This document shows, in pieces, positions 48,405 to 57,718 of a stretch of DNA of 64,000 bases (positions are counted from its first letter, which is position 1; every line of letters begins with the position of its first letter). Under the pieces are notes generated by a model that was given only the letters and a program-made list of their open reading frames with translations, did not search any database and was not told where the DNA came from. This DNA is from Clostridiales bacterium (GTDB taxonomy: Bacteria; Bacillota; Clostridia; Oscillospirales; Oscillospiraceae): contig JAJBUK010000066.1 in assembly GCA_020860385.1 (NCBI GenBank), positions 75 through 64,074 on the forward strand, in the 5' to 3' direction. The translations under genes were made by a program, and so were the position numbers.

Positions 48405-49457
48405 ATGATTTGTCCCTGTTGTGGAAAAGAGACGAAGGATGATGCTCAGTTCTGCGCCGCCTGCGGCTACAAAATCGCACGGTGCCCCGTCTGCAATCGG
48501 GTGCTGAGGACCAACGCCAGATTTTGTGCCTTTGACGGGACGCCGCTGCCGCCGGAGTTGGTAAAGGATTTGCCTGACCCGCCGATGCCGCGGGGAACGA
48601 TTCAGACGCCGCCGGAACCGCCGAAGCGCATTTATGTTACACCTGGAGGAGCCCATTCGTCGGGAAAGGGCCAGACAAGAGAGCAGTCCAAGCTGCCGAT
48701 CATCCTGGGGGCAGTGCTGATTGTGCTGCTGCTGGCCGGTATCGTGGTCGGCGTTGGCATCTGGCAGGGCTGGTTCTCCGGCGGACGCGCCGACCAGGAG
48801 GAGACGCTTTCCGTTCCGGCGGGCGAGACAGCCGACCAGAGCGAAGCGCCGGAGGACAGCGGGCTGGCTGCTGCTGACAGTGAGCTTCAGCCGGAGGACG
48901 CTGTTCAGAGCGAAACAGGCAGCGAGGCGGAGGAAAATGCTGTCCAGTCCTCCGAAGCGGAAGCGGAAGAGGAGGAACAGTCCGACACAGAAGCGGAGCA
49001 GGTGGAGATTCCCGTCTCTGAGCGCACTTATGAGATCGTGGCGTCTGACCTGTCCTGGTCCGAGGCTTATGAAGCGGCAATCGACGCAGGAGGCCATTTG
49101 GCGACTATCACCTCCGAGGAGGAGTATGAAGTCATCTGCGCCCTGGCGGACGAAAGCGGGCTGAAATACCTGTGGCTGGGCGCTGCCCTGACCTCGGATG
49201 AGATGGCATGGGGTGAGGACGGCTGCTGGATTACCGGGGAGGCCTGGAGCTTCGATGTCTGGTACCCTGGGGAGCCCAGCCTGGCTGACACCGACGGCAC
49301 TCAGGAATTTTGCCTGTGCCTGTGGAATGCCGCCTATGAAGGGGTGGATATCGGCTGGACCATGAACGACCAGCGGGATGACCTGGTGGAGGACTTCCCC
49401 TCCGTCAGCGGAAAGGTCGGTTACGTCATTGAGTTTGATGACGGGTACACGGAATGA
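48405..49457 (+). CDS. Double Zn-ribbon + TM + acidic linker + C-type lectin-like domain protein
   Basis: Four CxxC-type pairs, one TM; SWSEA..A...GGHLATITSEEE, WLG, WYPGEP and WTMND CTLD motifs. Confidence 0.8.
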   Translation: MICPCCGKETKDDAQFCAACGYKIARCPVCNRVLRTNARFCAFDGTPLPPELVKDLPDPPMPRGTIQTPPEPPKRIYVTPGGAHSSGKGQTREQSKLPIILGAVLIVLLLAGIVVGVGIWQGWFSGGRADQEETLSVPAGETADQSEAPEDSGLAAADSELQPEDAVQSETGSEAEENAVQSSEAEAEEEEQSDTEAEQVEIPVSERTYEIVASDLSWSEAYEAAIDAGGHLATITSEEEYEVICALADESGLKYLWLGAALTSDEMAWGEDGCWITGEAWSFDVWYPGEPSLADTDGTQEFCLCLWNAAYEGVDIGWTMNDQRDDLVEDFPSVSGKVGYVIEFDDGYTE

Positions 49458-50839
49458 GGGGAGAGGACCCGCGGCGGAGGCGATTCCGCATCCTTGGCCT
49501 TGCCCTCTGGTCTCTGGCTATGCTTGCCCTGGGAGTCGGGCTGGGGGCGTGGCTGACGGCGAGCCGGGCCGTCCCCGCCGCTGAGGATAGCGCAGACAGT
49601 GTGTCCTCCTCCAGCCTGACCGAGTCCTCTGAGGGGCTGGATGCCGAGGCTGAGGCCTCCCAGCCTGCGGCGGAGCAGCCGGAGGACCAGGAAGAGGACC
49701 AGACTGCGGAGGCGACTGATAGTTCCGCAGCGTCGGAAAGCAGCGTCGAGCCGGAGGCCCCGGAGCTTACCCGTGAGGAGGCCATCACGGCCCAGGCGCA
49801 GGAGCTTTTGGATTCCATGACGCTGGCGGAGCAGGTCTACCAGATGTTCATCGTCACGCCGGAGACGCTGACGGGGGTATCCACCGTCACTCAGGCGGGG
49901 GCGACTACTCAGGCGGCCCTCCAAAGCCATCCGGTGGGCGGGCTGGTCTACTTTGCTGCCAACATTGTTACGCCGGAGCAGTGTACCACCATGATTTCCA
50001 ACACCCAGTCCTATTCCAAAATCGGACTGTTCATCGCGGTGGATGAGGAAGGGGGACGGGTGGCCCGCATCGGCAAGAACAGAGCCATGGGCACCACCGC
50101 CTTCCCCAGTATGTCCGACATCGGCAGCACCGGCGATGTCAGCAAAGCCTATGAGGTGGGCAGTACCATCGGCACGGAAATCGCCCAGTTTGGCTTCAAT
50201 CTGGACTTCGCACCGGTGGCGGATGTCAACTCGAACCCCAACAACACCGTCATCGGGGACAGGGCCTTTGGCTCTGACCCGGAGGCGGTGGCTGAGATGG
50301 TGGCGTCCGCCGTCCAGGGCTTCCGGGACAGCGGAATGCTCTGCACGCTGAAGCACTTCCCCGGCCACGGGGACACCGACACTGACAGCCATTACGGCTA
50401 TACGGAGGTGCTGAAAACTCTCCAGGAGCTGCGGAGCGTGGAGTTCCTGCCCTTCCAGGCGGGCATTGACGCCGGAGCGGACTTCGTGATGATGGGCCAC
50501 ATCTCCGTCCCGGAGGTGACCGGGGACGATACCCCCGCCAGCCTGTCCGCTACGATGATCACTATCCTGCGGGACGAGCTGAACTTCCAGGGGCTAGTCA
50601 TCACCGATTCCATGGTGATGAGCGCGATTACCGACCGGTATACCTCCGCCCAGGCGGCGGTGCTGGCGGTGCAGGCCGGCGTTGACGTGATTCTGGAGCC
50701 GTCCAGCCTGACCGGCGCGGTGCAGGGTATCCTGTCGGCAGTGGAGGACGGCACGATTTCGGAGGAGCGTATCCGGGAGAGCGTGCTGAAAATCCTGGAG
50801 GTCAAAATCAGAAACGGCATCATTGCCTCGGAGTTCTGA
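49454..50839 (+). CDS. Membrane-anchored GH3 N-terminal domain glycosidase (NagZ-like beta-N-acetylglucosaminidase)
   Basis: VDEEGGRVAR, KHFPGHGDTDTDSH (Asp-His dyad) and ITDS nucleophile; N-terminal TM plus S/E/A linker. Confidence 0.85.
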   Translation: MRGEDPRRRRFRILGLALWSLAMLALGVGLGAWLTASRAVPAAEDSADSVSSSSLTESSEGLDAEAEASQPAAEQPEDQEEDQTAEATDSSAASESSVEPEAPELTREEAITAQAQELLDSMTLAEQVYQMFIVTPETLTGVSTVTQAGATTQAALQSHPVGGLVYFAANIVTPEQCTTMISNTQSYSKIGLFIAVDEEGGRVARIGKNRAMGTTAFPSMSDIGSTGDVSKAYEVGSTIGTEIAQFGFNLDFAPVADVNSNPNNTVIGDRAFGSDPEAVAEMVASAVQGFRDSGMLCTLKHFPGHGDTDTDSHYGYTEVLKTLQELRSVEFLPFQAGIDAGADFVMMGHISVPEVTGDDTPASLSATMITILRDELNFQGLVITDSMVMSAITDRYTSAQAAVLAVQAGVDVILEPSSLTGAVQGILSAVEDGTISEERIRESVLKILEVKIRNGIIASEF

Positions 50840-50880
50840 CGGCGCACGGTTGGAACTCTGCTTGTGTAGGAGGATTGTTT

Positions 50881-52572
50881 ATGGGTCAATTTGCCATAGA
50901 ATGCCCGCAATGCGGCAATTACGTCACCGCCTATAATGGGCTGCGTGGCCTGTTCCAGAACCGGATCACCTGCCGCTGCGGTGCGAAAATCGACATCCGT
51001 GCGGAGCGCATGACATCCATCGTGTGCCCTTCCTGCCGCAACTCCATCGTCTATGACCAGAGCAGGAAGAATCCCAGGTGCCCGGTCTGCAAATCCAGAA
51101 TCGCCCCGGCGACAGGGCTGAAAATGGTCAGCTTCCAGTGCCCGGAATGCGGCGTCAAGCTGACTGCCGAGGAGGGCACCAGATCCTATAGCTGCCCCAT
51201 CTGCGATTGCAGGATCGATGTGCAGCGGGAGCTGGCGAAGCAGCGCTACGCCAGCGAGGCGGCTGTCAGCATCATCCAATATGAGGGAGACAATCACACC
51301 TTTGCCTGGAAGCATCCCATCGAGGACTTTCAGACCGGCGCGCAGCTGGTGGTGCATGAAAACCAGGAGGCGGTGTTTTTTCGGGACGGACAGGCCCTGG
51401 ACGTGTTTCCTGCCGGGCACTATACCCTGGAGACCCAGAACCTCCCCGAAATGGACAAGCAATACCAGCTCCCCGTCGGAGCGGGGCGGACCCCCTTCCA
51501 TGCGGAGGTGTACTTCATCAACCTGACCACCCAAATGGGCATCAAATGGGGGACGGATTCCAAGACGCGGGTGTTTGACCCCGTCTCCGGGCTTCATGTG
51601 TCCATCGGTGCCAGCGGCGAGTTTAACATCCGGGCCACTGATTCCAAGCGTATCCTGCTGAAGCTGGTGGGGAATACCTCCGGCCTCATCATGGGGCAGT
51701 CCCTCCAGGCGCCCCAGGGGTCGGCCCAGCAGAGAAGCGGGTATCACTCTGACCCCTCCAACATGACGGGGTACTTCCGCGGGCTGGTCATGGGCCGGGT
51801 CAAGAGCTATCTGGCCACCGCGATTCGCCAGCAATCCATCAGCGTGCTGGAGCTGGACGAGCATATGACGGAGCTTTCCGATGCCCTGCGGGAGATCATT
51901 AACCAGGGCCTTGCGGAATATGGCCTGACCATGCCGGAATTCTACATCATGCGCTTCGCCACGCCAGAGGACGACCCGAATGACCCCATGCACGACCAGT
52001 ACATGGAGATGAAGAAGCTGTACGCCGAGCAATACCTGGGCGTGAGGCGGGAGCAGGTCGGCCAGGCGACAGCTGCGGCCGCCCGGGATCGCATCCTGAC
52101 GGAAGCGCAGACTAAGGCCCAGTCCCAGCTCATCGGCGCACAGGCGGAAGCGGAAGCATACCGCCTCAAGGCTGCCGCCGAGGCGGAGGAAATGCGGATG
52201 AAAGGCTATAGCTACCAGCAGGAAACGGCCCGTCAGGTGGGGCTGGAGGCCATGCAGAATGGCATTACCGGCGGCTCCGGCGGCGGAAGCGCCCTTGGGG
52301 ACATTGCCAGCCTGGGGATTACGTTGGGGGCCATGGGCAGCGTGGTCGATATGACCAGGGACGCCCTCCAGGGCACCGCGCCGGGTGCCGCTGCGCCGGG
52401 TGCCGCTGCGCCGGTCACACCGGGCAGGGCGGACGCCGCAGGAAGCAGCGCTCAGCCTGCCGGGGACGATCCGATGGCCGTCCTGCAAAGGTTGAAAAAA
52501 ATGCTGGACAGCGGACTCATCTCCCAGGAAAAGTATGACGCCAAGGTGGACGAGGTGCTGAGCCGGATGTAA
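50881..52572 (+). CDS. Multi-Zn-ribbon + SPFH/band-7 (YdjI-like) + SHOCT protein
   Basis: Several CxxC pairs; LVVHENQEAVFFRDGQ..F..GHYTLET, PFHAEVYFIN and KWGT; C-terminal LQRLKKMLDSGLISQEKYDAKVDEVL. Confidence 0.85.
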   Translation: MGQFAIECPQCGNYVTAYNGLRGLFQNRITCRCGAKIDIRAERMTSIVCPSCRNSIVYDQSRKNPRCPVCKSRIAPATGLKMVSFQCPECGVKLTAEEGTRSYSCPICDCRIDVQRELAKQRYASEAAVSIIQYEGDNHTFAWKHPIEDFQTGAQLVVHENQEAVFFRDGQALDVFPAGHYTLETQNLPEMDKQYQLPVGAGRTPFHAEVYFINLTTQMGIKWGTDSKTRVFDPVSGLHVSIGASGEFNIRATDSKRILLKLVGNTSGLIMGQSLQAPQGSAQQRSGYHSDPSNMTGYFRGLVMGRVKSYLATAIRQQSISVLELDEHMTELSDALREIINQGLAEYGLTMPEFYIMRFATPEDDPNDPMHDQYMEMKKLYAEQYLGVRREQVGQATAAAARDRILTEAQTKAQSQLIGAQAEAEAYRLKAAAEAEEMRMKGYSYQQETARQVGLEAMQNGITGGSGGGSALGDIASLGITLGAMGSVVDMTRDALQGTAPGAAAPGAAAPVTPGRADAAGSSAQPAGDDPMAVLQRLKKMLDSGLISQEKYDAKVDEVLSRM

Positions 52573-52616
52573 CGGGGCGCCTCTGTGCGCCGAGAGAGAA
52601 AGGAGCGTAGAGCCCT

Positions 52617-53318
52617 ATGAAGCGAACCCAAACGAGTGTCCTGATTTGGGCCATTGTGGTGGTGGTCTGCAACCTGGCCGCCTTTGTGATCCCCTTTCAA
52701 AAGACCGGGGTGTTCTGGCTGTCGGACGGCTTCCTGGTGGTTTCCCTGCTGGTCCTCTTTGCAGCGGAACGCATCGCCATGAAGGGCGCCGAGACGGCAA
52801 AGAGTAAATTCTATGGCTGGCCCATCCTGAGGGTGGGCTTTGGGTATGCAGCTGCCCTGTTGGCCTGCGCAGTGGTCTTTGTGGCCCTGTCTGTCCTCCT
52901 GCCACAGATGCCCCTCTGGCTGCCCCTGCTGGTCTATATCCTGCTGACCGGAGCCGCAGCTATCGGGCTCATCACTGCGGAGACCTCAAGGAGCTATGTG
53001 CAGGAGCAGGACCAGAAGGCGGAAACTAGCACGGACTTTATGCGTTGGTTTTACAGTCAGGTGCTGGCCCTGGGCGGCCAGGCTGAGGACGCCGCCTTGG
53101 CTGACGACCTGCGGCGGCTGGCAGAGGAGATACGCTACAGTGATTCTGTCAGCAGCGCAGCCACAAGGGAGCTGGAGGACAGGTTGTATGGGGAAGTCTC
53201 TGCCCTCGGTTCGGCCCTCAGCGGCGGCGATACGGTAGGCGCGGGCAGATTGTGCCAGCAGCTTTCCAGGGATTTGAAGACTCGGAACGCCCTGTGCAAG
53301 GCCAACAAGGGCCGCTGA
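52617..53318 (+). CDS. 4-TM membrane protein with a C-terminal helical bundle, function unknown
   Basis: Four hydrophobic segments in the first ~120 aa, then charged helices. Confidence 0.75.
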   Translation: MKRTQTSVLIWAIVVVVCNLAAFVIPFQKTGVFWLSDGFLVVSLLVLFAAERIAMKGAETAKSKFYGWPILRVGFGYAAALLACAVVFVALSVLLPQMPLWLPLLVYILLTGAAAIGLITAETSRSYVQEQDQKAETSTDFMRWFYSQVLALGGQAEDAALADDLRRLAEEIRYSDSVSSAATRELEDRLYGEVSALGSALSGGDTVGAGRLCQQLSRDLKTRNALCKANKGR

Positions 53319-53360
53319 CTGGGCGCTATACAACAAGAAGTGCAGTTGCGCGAGGCATGG

Positions 53361-53409
53361 AAAGCAGCAGCCCACCGGGGAAGGAACCCGGTGGGCTGCT
53401 GTTTGCTTT
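53361..53409. terminator. Bidirectional terminator between convergent operons
   Basis: CAGCAGCCCACCGGG-gaaggaa-CCCGGTGGGCTGCTG with A/T flanks. Confidence 0.8.
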
Positions 53410-53427
53410 CGCTGGATGACTCTGGGG

Positions 53428-54657
53428 TCAGTCTGTATGGCTCTGGTCGGCGACGCGGGACAGGGATTGATATAGCTCCCTGGCCCGGGCTGCATCCTCT
53501 TTGGTGGCCTGGTCATTGTACCGGGCGGCGATGTAGAGCTGCCGAAGGGCCTGGACTGCGGCGGGGTCAAAGGTGTAGCGGCTTTTGGCGGCCACGTCCT
53601 GGCTGGTGTCGCCAGCCTTCCGTTCCAGCCCCCGGCTGCGGTACAGCGCTAAAAACTTCTGATAGTACAGCCGCACCCGCTGAACAGGGGAGCGGGCGAA
53701 CCGGGGGAGGGGGCGGGGGCTGCTCCCGGCGACGGCGGAGCGCACCGTCCGTGCAGGCGGATCACCCTCCGCCCTCCTGGCGCTGCGGGAGAGCCAGCGG
53801 AACATCAGCACGATGAGGACTGCCCCCAAAAGCAGCGCAAGGGCGATACACACCCTGCTGAACAGCTCGCCATTGTTTCCGCTGGCTTCCAGGTCGCCAA
53901 ATAAGTCCTCCGTATCGCCCAGGGTCAGGGACTGCACCTCCTGCTCCTCCCCGGTGAAGCGAAACTGCACCCAGGAGAAGAGCCACAGCACGACCTGTAT
54001 CGCTGCCCCCAGCAGCTGGAACAGGGCCATCAGAATGGGGGCGAAAACGGTCTCGTACACCCACCGGAGGGCGGCGGCGCAGCCGTGCAAGAAGCCTCTG
54101 GAGCTGAGGCCCAGTGCGGCCAGTCCTATCCCTGCCGTCAGCGCCAGGTTCATAGCCTGGTACCGGGGCTGGCAGCACACCGCCAGGTCGTGCCGCAGGG
54201 AACGGTTCAGCAGGACGCAGCAGGCCAGCCCGATGAGCCCCGCGGGAATGGTGATGGCGGCGAGGAGGTCTCCGCAACCGACCATCAGTAGAAACAGGCA
54301 AAAGACCAGCAGCGCCTTCCAGAAAACGGAAAAAATATCCAGCTGGCGGCTCTGCTCCGGCAGATACCGCGTTCCCGCTGCCAGCCAAATCACATAGAGG
54401 GCCGGGGGCGCGATGGCGACCCAGGCGGCAAGGCTTCCGCCCGGCAGCAGCCAGCCCACCGCCAGCAGCGCCAGGGGCAGGAACCGGAGCCATCCCCGCT
54501 CCCGCAGCAGGTAGGTCAGCAGGCCTACGGCGCTCTGCACACCGTAGGCGGCCAGCAGCAGCGGGGCCTCCGCCCCGGCCAGCGCCGCAAAGAAGCCGCC
54601 GAAGGCGTAGTATATCCCCAGGTCGGACAGCAGTTTTAGCAGGACAAGGGCCGTCAT
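53428..54657 (-). CDS. Polytopic membrane protein with a C-terminal DUF4129-like domain
   Basis: Many TM helices; VRLYYQKFL...G......T..D.......ALRQLYIAARY pattern. Confidence 0.7.
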   Translation of the reverse strand: MTALVLLKLLSDLGIYYAFGGFFAALAGAEAPLLLAAYGVQSAVGLLTYLLRERGWLRFLPLALLAVGWLLPGGSLAAWVAIAPPALYVIWLAAGTRYLPEQSRQLDIFSVFWKALLVFCLFLLMVGCGDLLAAITIPAGLIGLACCVLLNRSLRHDLAVCCQPRYQAMNLALTAGIGLAALGLSSRGFLHGCAAALRWVYETVFAPILMALFQLLGAAIQVVLWLFSWVQFRFTGEEQEVQSLTLGDTEDLFGDLEASGNNGELFSRVCIALALLLGAVLIVLMFRWLSRSARRAEGDPPARTVRSAVAGSSPRPLPRFARSPVQRVRLYYQKFLALYRSRGLERKAGDTSQDVAAKSRYTFDPAAVQALRQLYIAARYNDQATKEDAARARELYQSLSRVADQSHTD

Positions 54658-55721
54658 AGGGCCGCCTCCTCTCCAATCAGCGTCCACAGTCCCACCCCGG
54701 CCCGGTCTGCCCACAGAGCGGCCAGCCGGAGGGCCTCCGGGTCGCGCTCCGGCGTGAGGAACAGCAAGCCGTGGGTGCCGTCAGAGCTGCGCACTGCCCG
54801 CTCCAACAGCACCTCGCAGGAGCAGGTGGGCTGATATAGCCCCCGGCCCAGCCCCTCCAGGATGTACAGGAGGTGGCGCTGGCCCAGCCCTTCGCTGACG
54901 GACTGCCAGGAGGCGAAGTCTCCGGCGGTGATGGCGTTGGTCTGGAAGGCGTACCGGATGCCCCGTTCCTCCAGCTGGCTGCAAAGGGTGCGGGCCAGGC
55001 TGTAGCAGGTTTCCATCAGCGGCTCCGGATCCTCCGCCTGACAGGCCACATTTAAAATCACGGTGACGGAGGTCTCCAGGGTGTAGTCATACTGCTTCAC
55101 CATCAGCTTACCGGTGCGGGCCATCTGCGTCCAGGACAGCATTTTCATCGGCTCCCGGCCTGTATAGTCCCGATAGCCAACCGTCAGCACCGGGTCCTCA
55201 TAGAGGAAGCGGTTCACGGAGAGGTCACCGGGGAAACCGCCGGAGAGCTGCCCCAAATCCTCCGCCGGGGCTTCCTTGGGCAGCACCACCACCTCCAGAA
55301 ACTGGTCATAGCTCTGCTGTTCCTCAGAAAGGCCCAGAAAATCCCCGCCGTAAACCGTCAGCCCATGCACCAGGTATCGCCCCCGCTTGTCGGCGGAGAG
55401 GGAGACGCGCTGGTCGAGCCGCTGCCTTGGGGACAGCCAGGTGGTGACGGACAGGTACTGCCCGCCCCGGTTGTCCGGCCGGAGCTGCCCGGAGGGCGCG
55501 TCCACCGTAAGGCTTCCAGGCAGGCGAACGACCACCCGCAGGAAGGGGAAGAAGGCCAGGCTGTGGTTCGTCAGGTGCAAAATCAGGTCAAACTGCGTCC
55601 CCGGCTCCACCAGCGGCTCTGAGAAAGACAACGTCGCCTCCAGCCCCTGCAGCCCCCGGCGGCGGGTCAGGTACTGAAGCAGGACAGCCAGCAGCACTAC
55701 GACGATGAGCAGGGCGATCAT
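54654..55721 (-). CDS. DUF58 domain protein (MoxR partner)
   Basis: RGRY.V......GDFLGL, GYRDYTGREPMKMLSWTQMARTGKLMVK. Confidence 0.85.
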   Translation of the reverse strand: MIALLIVVVLLAVLLQYLTRRRGLQGLEATLSFSEPLVEPGTQFDLILHLTNHSLAFFPFLRVVVRLPGSLTVDAPSGQLRPDNRGGQYLSVTTWLSPRQRLDQRVSLSADKRGRYLVHGLTVYGGDFLGLSEEQQSYDQFLEVVVLPKEAPAEDLGQLSGGFPGDLSVNRFLYEDPVLTVGYRDYTGREPMKMLSWTQMARTGKLMVKQYDYTLETSVTVILNVACQAEDPEPLMETCYSLARTLCSQLEERGIRYAFQTNAITAGDFASWQSVSEGLGQRHLLYILEGLGRGLYQPTCSCEVLLERAVRSSDGTHGLLFLTPERDPEALRLAALWADRAGVGLWTLIGEEAAL

Positions 55722-56668
55722 GGCTCAGCTTCCAGTGGGACGGGGGTCTTCTCCAGAATGCGCTGGAGAAAGTCCTCCGCCTTGGCATCCTTTGCGCCGC
55801 CTCCGGCCCCCAGCCGGTGGCACAGAACGAAGGGAGCCAGGTACTTCACATCCTCCGGCAGCACATAGGCCCGGCCGTTCAGGGCGGCGGTGGCCTGAGC
55901 CGCCCGGTACAATGCCTGCGCCCCACGGGTGGAGACGCCGGTGACAAAGGCGCTCTCCTGCCGCGTCCCCTGGATAATATCCATCAGGTAGCCCAGCACT
56001 GCCGGGGAGACCTTCACCTCCCGCCAGGCGGAGCGGACGTAGGCAGTCTCCTCCGCCGTGACAACTTGCCCCAGCCCGGCCAGCAAATCGGTGGCAGCGG
56101 GGCGGGCCAGGACGGACATCTCCTGTTCCCTGGTCATGTATCCCAGGGAGAGGCGCATGAAGAACCGGTCAATTTGGGCCTCTGGCAGAGGGAAGGTGCC
56201 GTAGGATTCCAGCGGGTTCTGGGTGGCCATCACCAGGAAGGGCTCCTCCAGGGGCATGGTGTCGCCGTCCACCGTCACCTGCCGCTCCTCCATGGCCTCA
56301 AGCAGGCTGGACTGGGTGCGGGGAGTTGCCCGGTTGATCTCATCCGCCAGGACGATGTTGGACAGCAGAGGGCCGGGACGGAACTGAAACGTACCGGTTT
56401 TCTGGTTGTAAAAGTGGATGCCGGTCAGGTCGGAGGGCAGCAGGTCGGGGGTGAACTGGATACGCTTAAAGTTGCCGCCCACGGTTTTGGCGAAGGCCCG
56501 GAGCAGCATGGTTTTGCCGGTACCGGGTACGTCCTCCAGCAGCACATGGCCGGAGCAGAGGAAGCTCGTCAGCACCAGGGTGATGACATCGTCCTTCCCG
56601 ACGATGACCTGGGAGCAGTTTGACAGCACCTTTTCTTTGTAATCTGTAAATTTGGAGAGCTCTAACAT
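55718..56668 (-). CDS. moxR: MoxR family AAA+ ATPase
   Basis: HVLLEDVPGTGKT, RIQFTPDLLPSD, LADEINRATPRTQSSLLEAMEE and LPEAQIDRF. Confidence 0.95.
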   Translation of the reverse strand: MLELSKFTDYKEKVLSNCSQVIVGKDDVITLVLTSFLCSGHVLLEDVPGTGKTMLLRAFAKTVGGNFKRIQFTPDLLPSDLTGIHFYNQKTGTFQFRPGPLLSNIVLADEINRATPRTQSSLLEAMEERQVTVDGDTMPLEEPFLVMATQNPLESYGTFPLPEAQIDRFFMRLSLGYMTREQEMSVLARPAATDLLAGLGQVVTAEETAYVRSAWREVKVSPAVLGYLMDIIQGTRQESAFVTGVSTRGAQALYRAAQATAALNGRAYVLPEDVKYLAPFVLCHRLGAGGGAKDAKAEDFLQRILEKTPVPLEAEP

Positions 56669-56776
56669 GGGATACCTCTGTTCTGGGATGGGGTTGCAGG
56701 CCGTCGGACGGGACGGGGCATGGTCGAGTTTTCGTCTAAGCTATTATAGTGGAAAACGGCGGGACCTGTCAAGGTC

Positions 56777-57619
56777 TCAGCACAGGCTGCCGTCCTGCCA
56801 AATCTGCTCCTTGGAGTAGACGATGTTGCCGGAGCCGCCGTCCAGCCGCCCCTCCGGCCCCATGGCCTTGGCAATCAGCCCCTTGGTGCCCCGGAACTCC
56901 ATGGGCTGGTCGTCTGTCCGCCCGGCCCGGATGTCCTCACAGACCTGGATGCAGCTGTCCAGAATGTCCAGAGGCAGCTCCCCGTTGCCGTGGGAAGCGA
57001 GGACGCGGTCATACTTTCCGTCCAGCGCCGCCCTGACCCGTCTCAGATGCTGCTCATAGTGGGCCACAGAGAGGGAGTAGGTGTCATACAGGAAGGTGAA
57101 GCCGTTGCAGGCGTCCCCCAGCAGCAGGATGCGGGCGTTTTCCATCAGCATGACCACGGAACCCTTCGTGTGGCCGGGCAAGGCGTAAATCGCGATGGTC
57201 TCCCCGCCCAGGTCGAACCGGTCGCCCTCCTTCAAATCCCGAAACAGGGAGAAGGGGGCGGTGGGGATATAGTCCTCCTCCGTAACGGTGACGCCCTCCT
57301 CCGCCAGCGCCATGCCCTGGTGCCGGAAGGCGTCGTCGCCATGGGGAAGGTAGATGTACCGGTCCTCATGGTTCAGGTAAATGGGGCAGTCAGCGAACTC
57401 TCCGCTGCCCATGGCGTGGTCTGTGTGGCCGTGGGTCAGCAGCACGGTCAGCGGCTTGTCCGTCAGCCGGGCCACCGCTCCCCGGAGGCTGCCGAAGCCG
57501 CTGCCAGTGTCGATGAGGGCGGCGCGGCAGTCGCCCTCCACCAGATAGCAAAGCTCGGTGCAGACGGCGTAGATGCGGGTGATGCGGTCGGTGACCTTTT
57601 CCGTTCGAAAATGAATCAT
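56777..57619 (-). CDS. MBL-fold metallo-hydrolase
   Basis: LIDTG, THGHTDHAMG, PGHTKGS, GDA and SHG motifs. Confidence 0.88.
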   Translation of the reverse strand: MIHFRTEKVTDRITRIYAVCTELCYLVEGDCRAALIDTGSGFGSLRGAVARLTDKPLTVLLTHGHTDHAMGSGEFADCPIYLNHEDRYIYLPHGDDAFRHQGMALAEEGVTVTEEDYIPTAPFSLFRDLKEGDRFDLGGETIAIYALPGHTKGSVVMLMENARILLLGDACNGFTFLYDTYSLSVAHYEQHLRRVRAALDGKYDRVLASHGNGELPLDILDSCIQVCEDIRAGRTDDQPMEFRGTKGLIAKAMGPEGRLDGGSGNIVYSKEQIWQDGSLC

Positions 57620-57718
57620 AGGACAACCTCCTGTCATAGATGCAAAGGCACACCCCATTCGGCGGCGCGGACGAACGGGATGTGCCTGCTATACTATATG
57701 CGAATCGTTAGGGGCAAA

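Noticed and set aside
52378-52414. 15-nt tandem duplication (GCGCCGGGTGCCGCT)x2 in the SPFH gene
   Set aside because: An ordinary slippage repeat in an Ala/Pro/Gly linker.
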